From the IMG/VR virus record IMGVR_UViG_3300042540_001822, positions 1 through 64,000 of that record: 64,000 nt of DNA; one strand, written 5' to 3'. The notes under the pieces were generated by a model. That model was given only the letters and a program-made list of their open reading frames with translations, was not told where the DNA came from and did not search any database. The position numbers were made by a program, and so were the translations under genes. The stretch's first letter is position 1; each line of letters opens with the position of its first letter. This document shows positions 29,642 to 39,091 of this stretch, one piece after another.

Positions 29642-29761
29642 TTATTTTTGTTCAAGTAATTTAATTAATTCATCATATTCTTGTTGATTTTCTTCTTTTA
29701 TTACTTTTAACATATAACCCATCGGTGTTAGGTATTCTTTCTTTTCTTTCTTCTTTTTCAT
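29642..29761 (-). CDS. 39-aa cassette ORF
   Basis: MKKKKEKKEYLTPMGY...LLEQK*; lies between GTT 29629 and TAAC 29789. Confidence 0.45.
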   Translation of the reverse strand: MKKKKEKKEYLTPMGYMLKVIKEENQQEYDELIKLLEQK

Positions 29762-29794
29762 AATTTTAAATTTTTTAACTAAGTATAACAAAAA

Positions 29795-30277
29795 TTATTG
29801 TTCATCACTCTCAATAACTATATCTTCTGAATCTAAATTTTCAGAAACCAATTCATCAACAACTTGCTCTATTGTCTTTTTATATTCTTCCATCTGTTCT
29901 TTTTCATTAATGTAGTCAATAATCTCATTTAATTTATTTCTAAATTGCGAAAGTTTTTGACCAATTGTTTCTTCTTGAAAATTTGATTCTCTTGATGTTT
30001 TTAATCTTTCTATTTTTTTCATATTGTATAATTTTTGATACTCATCTACAATTAGTTTTATGTTGTATGTGTCTTTGCTAAACTCTGATTTATGAATATA
30101 CCAAGTCAAAAAATCAACTAACAATCCACTAACAACAGGTTCATTCAATTTAATAACCTCGCTTTCTAATATAATTTCAGCAATAGTTGTCATAGCAGCA
30201 TTTTCCTCTTTATTCCACATATCCATTCCATATCCTGTCTTTTCTATGTATTTCTCTATCAAGTAATCTGATGTCAT
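29795..30277 (-). CDS. hypothetical protein
   Basis: 5' leader GTTAGGTTTAGTTAAATTATTG is shared with gene 32456. Confidence 0.6.
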   Translation of the reverse strand: MTSDYLIEKYIEKTGYGMDMWNKEENAAMTTIAEIILESEVIKLNEPVVSGLLVDFLTWYIHKSEFSKDTYNIKLIVDEYQKLYNMKKIERLKTSRESNFQEETIGQKLSQFRNKLNEIIDYINEKEQMEEYKKTIEQVVDELVSENLDSEDIVIESDEQ

Positions 30278-30315
30278 AATTCTTTTTTTAATTTGTAAAA
30301 CAATAATTTAACTAA

Positions 30316-30369
30316 ACCTAACAAATGATAAACAACATTAAAACGATTGTTTATCATCGGACGTTAGCG
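30316..30369 (+). mobile_element. attC-like site d (54 nt)
   Basis: Perfect 11-bp stem ATGATAAACAA/TTGTTTATCAT. Confidence 0.8.
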
Positions 30370-30648
30370 ACCATTAAAAGACCGCCACAATTCGACAAAC
30401 TTTTCACGTTTCATTTGCCTTAATTCTCTATTATGCGCATATTTTCTTTCGTGGTAAATTTCTATTTCACTACCACCTGTGAAGTAAACTGAATACGTTA
30501 ACCAGGAACTATCCCCGCCAACTTGACCTACTCTTTCAATTTTTCGTAAATCAATGGTGTCGCCCCCAATATCAACTAAAGGATTAACGGCTTCTAACAC
30601 ATTATTTGCATCAGTGGGGGTGTCGTTTTTCAAATTATCTTTCTGCAT
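30364..30648 (-). CDS. cassette-derived protein
   Basis: Stop in GTTA; leader …TDANNVLEAV. Confidence 0.65.
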   Translation of the reverse strand: MQKDNLKNDTPTDANNVLEAVNPLVDIGGDTIDLRKIERVGQVGGDSSWLTYSVYFTGGSEIEIYHERKYAHNRELRQMKREKFVELWRSFNGR

Positions 30649-30721
30649 GTTATTAAAGTTTTGTGCTTCAATTTAAGAAAAAACTACATATATCTGTGAT
30701 CGTTAGCAGTAATACTACCAA

Positions 30722-31018
30722 TCAGTGCTGATTTTTCAAATAATTTGTTGTACATTCTATCCAACACTTTGCTTTATCCGTATTATCCATAAAATCAACT
30801 TTATGAACAAATAAACAAGTAAATTTTTCAGACCATCCCATTGGTAGCCAAAGAGTATTCATGTATCCTTCCAATAATTCCTTATTAGATTTTTCAAATT
30901 TAGTTTCATCTCTTTGTGATAGCCAATCCTCACACATTCTAACTATCGGTTGGAATTCTGGTATTCCAATCACATTTACTATTTTATTCAATATTTTTTC
31001 AGATTCAAATTGATTCAT
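30722..31018 (-). CDS. hypothetical protein
   Basis: Start set at MNQFES; the track extension is an attC half-site. Confidence 0.6.
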   Translation of the reverse strand: MNQFESEKILNKIVNVIGIPEFQPIVRMCEDWLSQRDETKFEKSNKELLEGYMNTLWLPMGWSEKFTCLFVHKVDFMDNTDKAKCWIECTTNYLKNQH

Positions 31019-31061
31019 ATTTTTAAGTTTTGTGGTAAGGTACTTCGCATATGCCCAGCCG

Positions 31062-31280
31062 TTATGCAAAAGGTAGCGGACAACCGTTCGGTATTGTATC
31101 AGCGTCTACAATTTCAACATCCAGTTTTTCACACCAGTGTTTACCCCATCTGTATTCATGATTACCATCATCGTGAATATGATGAGGACATTGCCAACAA
31201 CACTCAACAACCACTACCCTTCGCATAACATTATGTTGCTGCAATGTGGGCTGACCGTTTTCATTTTTACTGTTGTTCAT
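31062..31280 (-). CDS. cassette-derived Cys-rich small protein
   Basis: CCWQCPH...WC...CPLP; cassette 31061-31229. Confidence 0.7.
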   Translation of the reverse strand: MNNSKNENGQPTLQQHNVMRRVVVVECCWQCPHHIHDDGNHEYRWGKHWCEKLDVEIVDADTIPNGCPLPFA

Positions 31281-31321
31281 CTATGTTTCTTGTTTTGTTC
31301 TTTTTACTCAAATTCGTAAAA

Positions 31322-31504
31322 TTACTGTTTTGTGTTTTCTAATTTATTCTCTAATTCCTCCACTTTGTTTCTCCAATATCTCGTAACCGTATATTGTGCT
31401 GAACGAATATAATCGTATGGATGAACATATCCACCCCATCTTAATTTATATTCTTCTTCTTCTAGAGTTTTCTTAGCCTCTTTCAATTCTTCCTCTATGT
31501 TCAT
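31322..31504 (-). CDS. hypothetical coiled-coil protein
   Basis: ORF track. Confidence 0.55.
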   Translation of the reverse strand: MNIEEELKEAKKTLEEEEYKLRWGGYVHPYDYIRSAQYTVTRYWRNKVEELENKLENTKQ

Positions 31505-31511
31505 ATATTCT

Positions 31512-31787
31512 TTAATTTGTATTTTTTAATTTATTCAAAGTAATCACGTTATTTAGTTGCACTTCTTTTAATGTGATTTTTCGTGTATCTTTAAAGTTTT
31601 CGATTACTTCATCCAAATTTTTACTCATGTGTTTATCAAAATCACTTTCAGTTGGGTGGTCTAGATTAGCCTCAAACTCTACCTCAAAACCGTGTTCACT
31701 TAAAAATTTCTTTAATAAGTAAGTTAAACGAGATTTACCAGATGCAACTTGCCCTGATACTGTAATAATTAAATCTTTCTTTTCCAT
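31512..31787 (-). CDS. small P-loop-like protein fragment
   Basis: ITVSGQVASGKS; promoter at 31819. Confidence 0.6.
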   Translation of the reverse strand: MEKKDLIITVSGQVASGKSRLTYLLKKFLSEHGFEVEFEANLDHPTESDFDKHMSKNLDEVIENFKDTRKITLKEVQLNNVITLNKLKNTN

Positions 31788-31928
31788 TTTATTTTTTTAT
31801 AGTTTAGTGTTTGTTTTACAAATATACGAATAAGTTTTCAGATTTCCAAATTTTATCCACACAAATACATCATATTTCTGGTGTATAAGTGAAGAAAAAC
31901 TGGACAAATAAACGAGTTATAAACAATT

Positions 31929-32162
31929 TTAAGAAACATGTTCCCTTGTATTGAGTTCCGTTTTAATTAAACTCAAAAAATCTTTATGTTCATTGTATTT
32001 TTGCTCCATATCTGATTGTGTTGCTCGTGCTTCCCATATCATTTCACCACATCCACAACTGCACCAATACCCGACACCGTAAAATCTTCTACGTTCTGCT
32101 TTGTAAAATCGTAATAGATTTTTTGTATTTAATTTTCTTAATTCTTCGATTGACTTTCCCAT
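31929..32162 (-). CDS. cassette-borne small protein
   Basis: CSCGCG; cassette 31916-32181. Confidence 0.65.
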   Translation of the reverse strand: MGKSIEELRKLNTKNLLRFYKAERRRFYGVGYWCSCGCGEMIWEARATQSDMEQKYNEHKDFLSLIKTELNTREHVS

Positions 32163-32174
32163 AATAAAAACTGT

Positions 32175-32270
32175 TTATAACAAGGTGTATATGTAATTTT
32201 TTTTTACAAAGATATGAATAATTTTTGAAATTTCCAAATAAAAAACTACATATACACCCAACCGTTAGGT
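32175..32270 (+). mobile_element. attC-like site e with a promoter in its loop
   Basis: 17-bp stem (one A.C mismatch); loop holds TTTG-N20-TATCTTTG on the minus strand. Confidence 0.75.
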
Positions 32271-32456
32271 TCAATCATTAATTTGTTTTGATTTTTTTAA
32301 TTCTTCTTCTAACTCTTTTAATTGAATTTCCCAATGTTTCTTAAATTTAATCCAAAATTCATTTCCATTAGGTCCTTCCACCTCAATCTTTTCTCCACAA
32401 AATTTTATTGATGTTTTACAATGTTCAATTTTATCCTCTGTTGTTAAGTAATTCAT
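32271..32456 (-). CDS. cassette-borne small protein
   Basis: Cassette 32264-32504. Confidence 0.6.
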   Translation of the reverse strand: MNYLTTEDKIEHCKTSIKFCGEKIEVEGPNGNEFWIKFKKHWEIQLKELEEELKKSKQIND

Positions 32457-32546
32457 ATTTCTATTTTTTTTAATTTGTAAAACAATAATTTAACTAAACC
32501 TAACATATAAACGAAAACTCGTTTATTTGTCCACTCTTCTAATTAT

Positions 32547-32969
32547 TTAATAACCAAAATCTCCATACAAATCTTGAAAAGATAAATCATTCATAGCACC
32601 TAAATCATTCCAATGTTCAAGATTATTATTCTTTTTTGATTTGTGTTTTGGTGTTGCCCTTTCACTTCTCGATGGCGGTAATGAATTATAAGCATCATCC
32701 CAATATTTTTGCCAAAAATTCAAATCTTCTTTTGATAAGTCTCTTAATTTGATGGTACATTTACTCAAACTTGTTAGAGTTTCTTTTTCTTGTATAGTTG
32801 CTTCGTTTTCATGTAGTTTCCCAACTAAATTTTGAAGCCACCATCCTTTAATTTGATAGTAAGGATGTTTTAGTCCTCTGTTGTCTAATACAGATTTTGG
32901 TATCCAACCATTACCTTCTAGTTTATATGCTTTCTCTGTTTCTTGAATAATATTTAATTTTACTAACAT
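32547..32969 (-). CDS. hypothetical protein
   Basis: ETEKAY...WIPKS N-terminal beta motif. Confidence 0.65.
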   Translation of the reverse strand: MLVKLNIIQETEKAYKLEGNGWIPKSVLDNRGLKHPYYQIKGWWLQNLVGKLHENEATIQEKETLTSLSKCTIKLRDLSKEDLNFWQKYWDDAYNSLPPSRSERATPKHKSKKNNNLEHWNDLGAMNDLSFQDLYGDFGY

Positions 32970-33069
32970 AGTTTAATGTTTAAATTTATTAATTGCCTCT
33001 CTAAAATTTTGTATTTCAATTTAAGTTTAGTTAAACACTACGTTTATACCCAACCGTTAGCGGTAATTG

Positions 33070-33261
33070 TTAAAGTTCTTCTTTTTCCATTTTACCACAC
33101 CTTACACAATATCGTGTTTGGATTGTGCCAACATAAGGATATTGTTGCCCTTGTTTAACTAATAACATATCTATATTTTCTTGTTTCCATTTAGTCCACT
33201 TGTGTCTCCAAAAACAACTACCGTTAACAACGGTTTGGCTAGATTCAGGGGTTGCTTCCAT
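33070..33261 (-). CDS. cassette-derived small Zn-binding protein
   Basis: CFWRHKW...CVRCG; leader SSQTVVNGS; cassette 33056-33228. Confidence 0.7.
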   Translation of the reverse strand: MEATPESSQTVVNGSCFWRHKWTKWKQENIDMLLVKQGQQYPYVGTIQTRYCVRCGKMEKEEL

Positions 33262-33390
33262 AGGTTTAAAGTTTGTTTTTACAAATATACGAATAAGTTT
33301 TCAGATTTCCAAATTTTATCCACACAAATACATCATATTTCTAGTGTATAAGTGAAGAAAAACTGGACAAATAAACGAGTTATCGGAAAT

Positions 33391-33693
33391 TCATTTTTCT
33401 TCCGACTCCTGCTCCGAAGAAGGTTGTTGCTTTTCAAATTCTTCTCTGATTTTAGTTAATCTTGAAAACTCTGCTACCCAAGCATCTAATGTCATTCCAT
33501 TTACTGAAATGTTTTCAAGCCTGTCCCTACCATCACCATCCCAATCAATTACCACTTCTCTACTACTACCCATTTGCCCAAGACTTCGTAGTTTTGAAAA
33601 AAATTCTAATAGTGGCTTTACTGCATCATCTGAGCAGGTAAATGAAATGACATTTTGAAAAGCAATGTTTGGTGTTTTAAATTTTTGTTCCAT
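33391..33693 (-). CDS. cassette-borne protein
   Basis: MGSSR...DWDGDG; cassette 33379-33738. Confidence 0.7.
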   Translation of the reverse strand: MEQKFKTPNIAFQNVISFTCSDDAVKPLLEFFSKLRSLGQMGSSREVVIDWDGDGRDRLENISVNGMTLDAWVAEFSRLTKIREEFEKQQPSSEQESEEK

Positions 33694-33731
33694 TTTAAAT
33701 TAAGTTTATTACCCACGAAAAATGAACTATC

Positions 33732-33827
33732 CGATAACACGGGTTTGGCAAAATGCCACCAAATAGTTTGTGCCAAGATTGAAAGTTCGTGCAAGGTGGC
33801 ACTTCGCCAAGCCCGAAGCCGTTATGT
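33732..33827 (+). mobile_element. attC-like site f
   Basis: CGGGTTTGGCAAAATGCCACC/GGTGGCACTTCGCCAAGCCCG stem, 18 of 21 Watson-Crick pairs. Confidence 0.8.
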
Positions 33828-33834
33828 GTAATTG

Positions 33835-34152
33835 CTACATTCCGTACATTTGAAGAACTATATTCTTTGAACGACATAATTCAGCCCAAGCTTCTTGACA
33901 GTAATTTCTACCGTGTAATGCGTTATTAAATTCGTGACACAATTCAGTTACCAATGATTCAATGTCTTGTGTTAAATCAATTTGTGTTTCGTATTGGTAT
34001 CTTCCACGCAATATTCCATCCTCGTATAAGTGCAATTCACTTTTCGCTCTTGTTTCTAAATCTACATAGAATTGGTCTTTTTCGCTATTGTAGTGCATTG
34101 ATGTAGAAATTCCTTTCTTTGCCAACGCTTTCATTATGTCTTGTATTTCCAT
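33835..34152 (-). CDS. hypothetical protein
   Basis: Promoter at 34179; ends next to GTT 33821. Confidence 0.65.
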   Translation of the reverse strand: MEIQDIMKALAKKGISTSMHYNSEKDQFYVDLETRAKSELHLYEDGILRGRYQYETQIDLTQDIESLVTELCHEFNNALHGRNYCQEAWAELCRSKNIVLQMYGM

Positions 34153-34287
34153 TTTATTTTTGTTTACTGTTTGTTTTACAAATATACAAATAAATTTTTA
34201 GATTTACAAATTTTACCCCCCACAAATACATCATATTCCTGGTGTATAAGTGAAGGGAAACTGGACAAATAAACGAGTTATGTGCCA

Positions 34288-34488
34288 TTAAGAACCATAA
34301 CCGTTTTTAACCATTTTTTGACGAATTTGTTCAGCTATTTCTAACTTTATCTTTTCGTCTTGGTCATATCTTCCAACAAGGAAATTAAATGATTTTAACA
34401 TTGCAGTCCTTAACTCAAGTTGGTCATCATTTGGATATATTTTCCACATATATTCAACAAATTCGGCTTCGGTTTTACATAATTTCAT
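34288..34488 (-). CDS. cassette-borne small protein
   Basis: Cassette 34277-34513. Confidence 0.65.
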   Translation of the reverse strand: MKLCKTEAEFVEYMWKIYPNDDQLELRTAMLKSFNFLVGRYDQDEKIKLEIAEQIRQKMVKNGYGS

Positions 34489-34506
34489 GCTTCAAAAATT
34501 AACGGC

Positions 34507-34597
34507 ACATAACAAGGTATATGTGAAATACCTTATAAAGTTTCTACTAATTTTTAAGTTCGTCTTTAGGTACTTCACATATACCCAACTGTTATAT
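34507..34597 (+). mobile_element. attC-like site g
   Basis: TATATGTGAAATACCT/AGGTACTTCACATATA stem (one A.C mismatch). Confidence 0.8.
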
Positions 34598-34921
34598 TCA
34601 ATTTTCAATTTGTTTTGGAATTTCTACCCATTTATTATCAACCAATTTATATCGTGTTTCATAATCAAATGAAGTCTCGGAAGCATCATTATTAAAATAT
34701 AAAATATTTTCCATATCCCAACTACTTCTATAAAAGGTGTGTTCGTTATTTTCACAATGAATTACAGTGTTTCCGTCCATAACTATCATCGCATTTATAT
34801 GTGTTGAAAATAACTTACCCCCACATATCGGACATTTATGTTCATATTCATTTATATCACACCAATAATCACCCATTCTTTTTTGTTGGTATCTAAACCA
34901 TTCTAATTTTTCTTTTCCCAT
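34598..34921 (-). CDS. Zn-binding hypothetical protein
   Basis: CPICGG. Confidence 0.6.
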   Translation of the reverse strand: MGKEKLEWFRYQQKRMGDYWCDINEYEHKCPICGGKLFSTHINAMIVMDGNTVIHCENNEHTFYRSSWDMENILYFNNDASETSFDYETRYKLVDNKWVEIPKQIEN

Positions 34922-35008
34922 AATTTTATATTTTACTTACACAAATATATCATATTCTTGGTGTATGTGTGAAGGAAACCTGGACAAATAAACGAGTTAG
35001 CAGAAATA

Positions 35009-35278
35009 CTACTGAGCGTTACTAACAGGAATTGCATCTGCATCTAAATTATGGTCGTGTCTTTGCAGTTCAGAAACTAAATAGTTATCTCTAACAGACT
35101 TGTGAAATGGCTCAACATAACCTTCTTTTGCAAAATACCATTCGCCTTGATAGTTAAACTCAAAGCCACTATCTCGCATACAAATTGACATAGTTTCACC
35201 ACTTGCAGTTTTTAAAGTTAAACCGCTAAAAACTTCTTCTAATTGGATACCTAAATCCTCTGTTACTGTTACTTTCAT
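35009..35278 (-). CDS. cassette-borne protein
   Basis: Cassette 34996-35333. Confidence 0.65.
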   Translation of the reverse strand: MKVTVTEDLGIQLEEVFSGLTLKTASGETMSICMRDSGFEFNYQGEWYFAKEGYVEPFHKSVRDNYLVSELQRHDHNLDADAIPVSNAQ

Positions 35279-35326
35279 TTTGTTATTTATTTAAGTTAAA
35301 AATTCGTTTTAATTACACCGTACTTC

Positions 35327-35412
35327 TGCTAACAGCACATAAGCAAAAGCCCAAATCCAACCGCATAATGCCACCGCTATTTGTGCCTTCGCTTATCTGC
35401 AAACCGTTATAA
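35327..35412 (+). mobile_element. attC-like site h
   Basis: GCACATAAGCAAAAGC/GCCTTCGCTTATCTGC stem between TAAC and GTTA. Confidence 0.7.
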
Positions 35413-35427
35413 GTAATGAAACAAAAA

Positions 35428-35619
35428 TTATGAGTTTTCATTTTTCTTACTCCCATCTTCATTCCACTTCCTAAGAAATTCTTGATTTTCAGGTTTTGAA
35501 AGTTCTTCTTTCATCGCATCATCAAATTTCTTTTGCATTTCAAGATTTTGTTCCTCTGTCAGTGTATTCAAATCCTGAAAATCTTCTTTTGTTAATTTAC
35601 TTTTCATATTGTAAATCAT
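35428..35619 (-). CDS. hypothetical protein ending in NS*
   Basis: Shared 3' tail. Confidence 0.6.
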   Translation of the reverse strand: MIYNMKSKLTKEDFQDLNTLTEEQNLEMQKKFDDAMKEELSKPENQEFLRKWNEDGSKKNENS

Positions 35620-35696
35620 ATTGTAAAATTTTTGTTTTAAGTTTTGTGGTAAGGTACTTCACATATACCCAACCGTTATATTCAATATCAAAAATT

Positions 35697-35993
35697 TTAT
35701 GAGTTTTTATATTTTTCAACCCACTCATCATAAGATAGTCTATTTTCTACCAAATATCTTTTAGCAACCTTAGCGTTCCATTCTTTCATTTCTTCAAAAG
35801 TAACTCCTTTTATATACTTACTACAATTCAAATCAAATTTGTAATCTAACCCACCTTCCCACATCACTTCATAAAACACACTATCTTTATCGTGTCCAAT
35901 CGTTCCATTTATCTTATCAGACTGCATATCAACAAAAGCATCAGTTACTCTTTTCATATATGCTTCGTATTCTTTTTGAAATTCTTTTTTCAT
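35697..35993 (-). CDS. cassette-borne protein ending in NS*
   Basis: Cassette 35675-36023. Confidence 0.65.
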   Translation of the reverse strand: MKKEFQKEYEAYMKRVTDAFVDMQSDKINGTIGHDKDSVFYEVMWEGGLDYKFDLNCSKYIKGVTFEEMKEWNAKVAKRYLVENRLSYDEWVEKYKNS

Positions 35994-36035
35994 TTGTATA
36001 AAATTTTTGATACTAAATATAACAAAGAATATGTG

Positions 36036-36617
36036 TCATTGCCTTTCGTTCCAAACTGATTCTGCTTCATCAATAGTGTCAGACCACCAATCAAGTGAAT
36101 GTCCTTTTTGTTTACAATTCACCCTGTAATATTCTGTCATACTATCTCCAAAAGTCTTGTTTTCAATTTCCGTATCCGAACCACAAAAAGGACAAGGCAA
36201 CGCACACACAACAGCAGGTATATTCAATTGTGGGTTCTGTGGTTTATCCGAATTTTGTGTTTCTCTTGATGTGATTTCATTTAGTTCTTTGTATAATCCA
36301 TTATGCCAAGTTTTCATTTTATCTAAACAATCACTAATAACATCATCAATGTTTGTTTTATAAATTGAAACATCTTGTAATTCACCTTCTTTATATTCTT
36401 TTGTTGAAGGTAACATTTCAACAATATTATAAAACAAATCAATTGGTTTATTTTCCCAATTAAAAAAATTACCATCAAACTCACCATAACTTATTCTAAA
36501 TCCGCCACTAAGCAATCCGTGTGCGTATAATTTATAATTAACACCATCTACCATTAACATTTTTGGTAAATCTTTTTCACATCTTAACACGTGGTCTTTT
36601 TCTTCTTGTAATTCCAT
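36036..36617 (-). CDS. fusion of an unknown domain and a Lar-like (restriction alleviation) Zn finger, joined by an attC-derived linker
   Basis: PQLNIPAVVCALPCPFCG...WN; attC left-arm remnant at 36205-36240. Confidence 0.65.
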   Translation of the reverse strand: MELQEEKDHVLRCEKDLPKMLMVDGVNYKLYAHGLLSGGFRISYGEFDGNFFNWENKPIDLFYNIVEMLPSTKEYKEGELQDVSIYKTNIDDVISDCLDKMKTWHNGLYKELNEITSRETQNSDKPQNPQLNIPAVVCALPCPFCGSDTEIENKTFGDSMTEYYRVNCKQKGHSLDWWSDTIDEAESVWNERQ

Positions 36618-36618
36618 T

Positions 36619-36849
36619 TTATTTAGTTTTCAACATTTCTTTATAGGCATTACCTGTGCTAAATTGTTGTTCAAATGTTGGATTTGGATAATGTTCATTT
36701 TGAATCCAATTATCGTGATGTTCAAATGTTCTCCAACCATTATCACGTAATTCTTTTACCATATTCATTAACCCACTTCCAACTTTCATATCAGAAGGAA
36801 TTTCAATACCACCATCAGGTGTTACTTTTACAATAGTTTCTAATTTCAT
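36619..36849 (-). CDS. hypothetical protein
   Basis: ORF track. Confidence 0.6.
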   Translation of the reverse strand: MKLETIVKVTPDGGIEIPSDMKVGSGLMNMVKELRDNGWRTFEHHDNWIQNEHYPNPTFEQQFSTGNAYKEMLKTK

Positions 36850-36910
36850 AATTTATTTTTTTATAAATGAAGGAAAACTGGACAAATAAACGAGTTATAT
36901 TCAATAAAAA

Positions 36911-37090
36911 TTAATTTATGAGTTTATCTACATAATAGTTATCACCACCATAACCGTATTTAATTCTTGCTTGTTCAGCTTCTTCTTTTGTGTTATATGG
37001 TGCTAATATCACACCATTTTTCTCGTTTTGATGTGCTGGTTCTTTTTCATAAACCGCATAATACTCTTTTTTAAGTGCTTCGTATTTCAT
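36911..37090 (-). CDS. 59-aa cassette ORF (below the ORF-track cut-off)
   Basis: MKYEALKKEYY...DKLIN*; cassette 36894-37120. Confidence 0.6.
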   Translation of the reverse strand: MKYEALKKEYYAVYEKEPAHQNEKNGVILAPYNTKEEAEQARIKYGYGGDNYYVDKLIN

Positions 37091-37113
37091 ATGTATAAAT
37101 TAATTTTTACTAA

Positions 37114-37167
37114 ATATAACAAAGAATATGTGTCATTAAAACGAACACATATTCTCAATCGTTAGCG
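37114..37167 (+). mobile_element. attC-like site i (54 nt)
   Basis: Perfect GAATATGTGT/ACACATATTC stem with loop CATTAAAACGA. Confidence 0.8.
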
Positions 37168-37395
37168 GTAATTTTTACGAACATATCGTTCTACATATTT
37201 CCCGTAATCTTCCATCATTTCCCACCAAGTATCATTACTAATTAAGTTATCGGACAAATAATCTAATTTTGAACGACCATAAACTTTTACCACCCAACCA
37301 ATCGGGTCTAAAAAACTACCGCTAACACCAGATAAAAGCATTTTATTACTGCTAATATCTAACTTCTCTGCTTGTTTTTTACTTTTGTTTTTCAT
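37162..37395 (-). CDS. cassette-derived protein
   Basis: Leader …MLLSGVSGS; cassette 37161-37326. Confidence 0.65.
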   Translation of the reverse strand: MKNKSKKQAEKLDISSNKMLLSGVSGSFLDPIGWVVKVYGRSKLDYLSDNLISNDTWWEMMEDYGKYVERYVRKNYR

Positions 37396-37421
37396 ATTAA
37401 ATTATTGTTTATCATCAGTCG

Positions 37422-37667
37422 TTATAAAACATTTCCGAGAACGTTTCTTAGTTCGTCCTTATCTACGAATGAATTAAGAACAAAAATTTCTTTTCCTGTG
37501 TGATTTTTTTGAACAACATTATCGTTTATCCAAATATGTGCATTATAAATCTCAATTTCAGGTATTATTGTATATCTTGTAGGATATTTACCATCAGTCG
37601 TTTCGGTAATCAATATATTATGTTCACCAAAGAAATTTTTGTAAATCAGTTTTAATTTTGTTTTCAT
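37422..37667 (-). CDS. cassette-borne protein
   Basis: Stop in GTTA at 37421. Confidence 0.6.
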   Translation of the reverse strand: MKTKLKLIYKNFFGEHNILITETTDGKYPTRYTIIPEIEIYNAHIWINDNVVQKNHTGKEIFVLNSFVDKDELRNVLGNVL

Positions 37668-37736
37668 TTTATTTAGTTTTTAACATTTCGGTGTATGGAT
37701 GAAGAAAAACTGGACAAATAAACGAGTTAGCAACAA

Positions 37737-37946
37737 TTAGTGCTGACCATACCTCAAATGAATGTTATCATAATCAGTGTCATAATAAGCACCGTTTTCT
37801 TGCTTATGTTTCTTTATACATTGGTATAAATATATTTCGGTTAATCCAACCAAAGAACAATCACATTTATCCCAAACATTATACAGTTGTTTAATTTCGT
37901 CATCATTCAAATCTAATAAACTTTCTATTGTGTTCTTTTCATTCAT
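37737..37946 (-). CDS. hypothetical protein
   Basis: Follows attI-like junction 37726. Confidence 0.55.
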   Translation of the reverse strand: MNEKNTIESLLDLNDDEIKQLYNVWDKCDCSLVGLTEIYLYQCIKKHKQENGAYYDTDYDNIHLRYGQH

Positions 37947-38190
37947 AAATCAACGTTTTATATCAAGGTATAAATTCAATTAAATATTTTTACTATCTCT
38001 CTAACCTTATCAATCAAAAAATTAGTTTCTTCAATATGATGTTGTTCCAATCTTTTATACCTTTCTTCCCAAGTCAATGTATCATCATCCTTGTATTTTT
38101 TGATTTTAATCCACTTGTATGTTTCAAGTATTTCTTTCTTTTCTAATTCTTCCATAATAAAATATTTAATTAGATTTATACTAAGGAATA

Positions 38191-38409
38191 TTATTTTTGT
38201 TTTGAGAATGTTGATATAACACTATCAATAACTTCTTCTTTACTACCAATATCCCACCAATCTGGATTTTGTTTTAGTTTATACTCTGGATTATCGTTAT
38301 GATAAGTTTCTACCAACCCATCAACTAATCCATTCCACGAAATATTGTTCTGTTCTAAAACTGAAACAATCTCCGCATATTTAATCATTTTTTCTACTAT
38401 TTCTTCCAT
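38191..38409 (-). CDS. hypothetical protein
   Basis: ORF track. Confidence 0.55.
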   Translation of the reverse strand: MEEIVEKMIKYAEIVSVLEQNNISWNGLVDGLVETYHNDNPEYKLKQNPDWWDIGSKEEVIDSVISTFSKQK

Positions 38410-38549
38410 AATTTATATTTTTTAATAAGTTTCATATAACAAGGTGTATGGGAAATTTTTTATCAAATATACATCATATTCCTGATGTATGGATGAAGGA
38501 AACCTGGACAAATAAACGAGTTATAGCCAATACTACCGAAGTACTTCGA

Positions 38550-38978
38550 TTAAGCATTTAGTGGCTCATCAAAGATTACATTCCAACTATCTAATGGTTG
38601 CCAACCGCCACCCATAGTCATTACTTCTAAATCTGATGATGGTATATTTTTGAACGTAATATATTCGTCACCTTTATTATTTACTATTCTTGGTGATAGT
38701 TGAAAATCATCAGTCAATTTTGTTCTCAAAACACACATTTTACTAATCCCACCTTTTGATTTAGCATAGTATTTAGCATAATCTAAATCGTTTGTAAAAC
38801 TAATTGATGGTTGTTCTTCACCAGTTCTATTTGGTTTCATATATCCATCGTACTGTATATTCATTGCTTGTCCTTTACCTGTTCCATGATAAATATAATC
38901 ATCTTGTTTTATATCTTCATTTACAAATTGATTGAATGATTTAACCTCATCAATCATATCTCGTATTTCTTTACTCAT
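38550..38978 (-). CDS. ADP-ribosyltransferase-like protein with CTS-like N-terminus
   Basis: YIYHGT...PSISFTNDLDYAKYYA; N-terminus …KSFNQFVNE. Confidence 0.55.
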   Translation of the reverse strand: MSKEIRDMIDEVKSFNQFVNEDIKQDDYIYHGTGKGQAMNIQYDGYMKPNRTGEEQPSISFTNDLDYAKYYAKSKGGISKMCVLRTKLTDDFQLSPRIVNNKGDEYITFKNIPSSDLEVMTMGGGWQPLDSWNVIFDEPLNA

Positions 38979-39091
38979 TTTGTTTATGTTTATATAAAAA
39001 TATTTCTATGTTTCTACAAAAATACATCATATTCCTGGTGTATAAGTGAAAGAAAACTGGACAAATAAACGAGTTATAGATAATAAAATAT

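Larger units (their letters stand above)
26481..39072 (+). repeat. dispersed attI-like repeat (…GGTGTATAAGTGAAGAAAAACTGGACAAATAAACGA|GTT), 11 direct copies plus 1 inverted
   Basis: Ends just before the junction G at 26526, 26871, 28619 (variant, G changed to T), 31916, 33379, 34277, 34996, 36894, 37726, 38520, 39073; inverted core at 32516-32533. Confidence 0.85.

Noticed and set aside
26481-39072. CRISPR array reading of the ACAAATAAACGAGTT repeats
   Set aside because: Intervals are hundreds to thousands of bp and contain ORFs; no constant spacer length and no cas genes in the window
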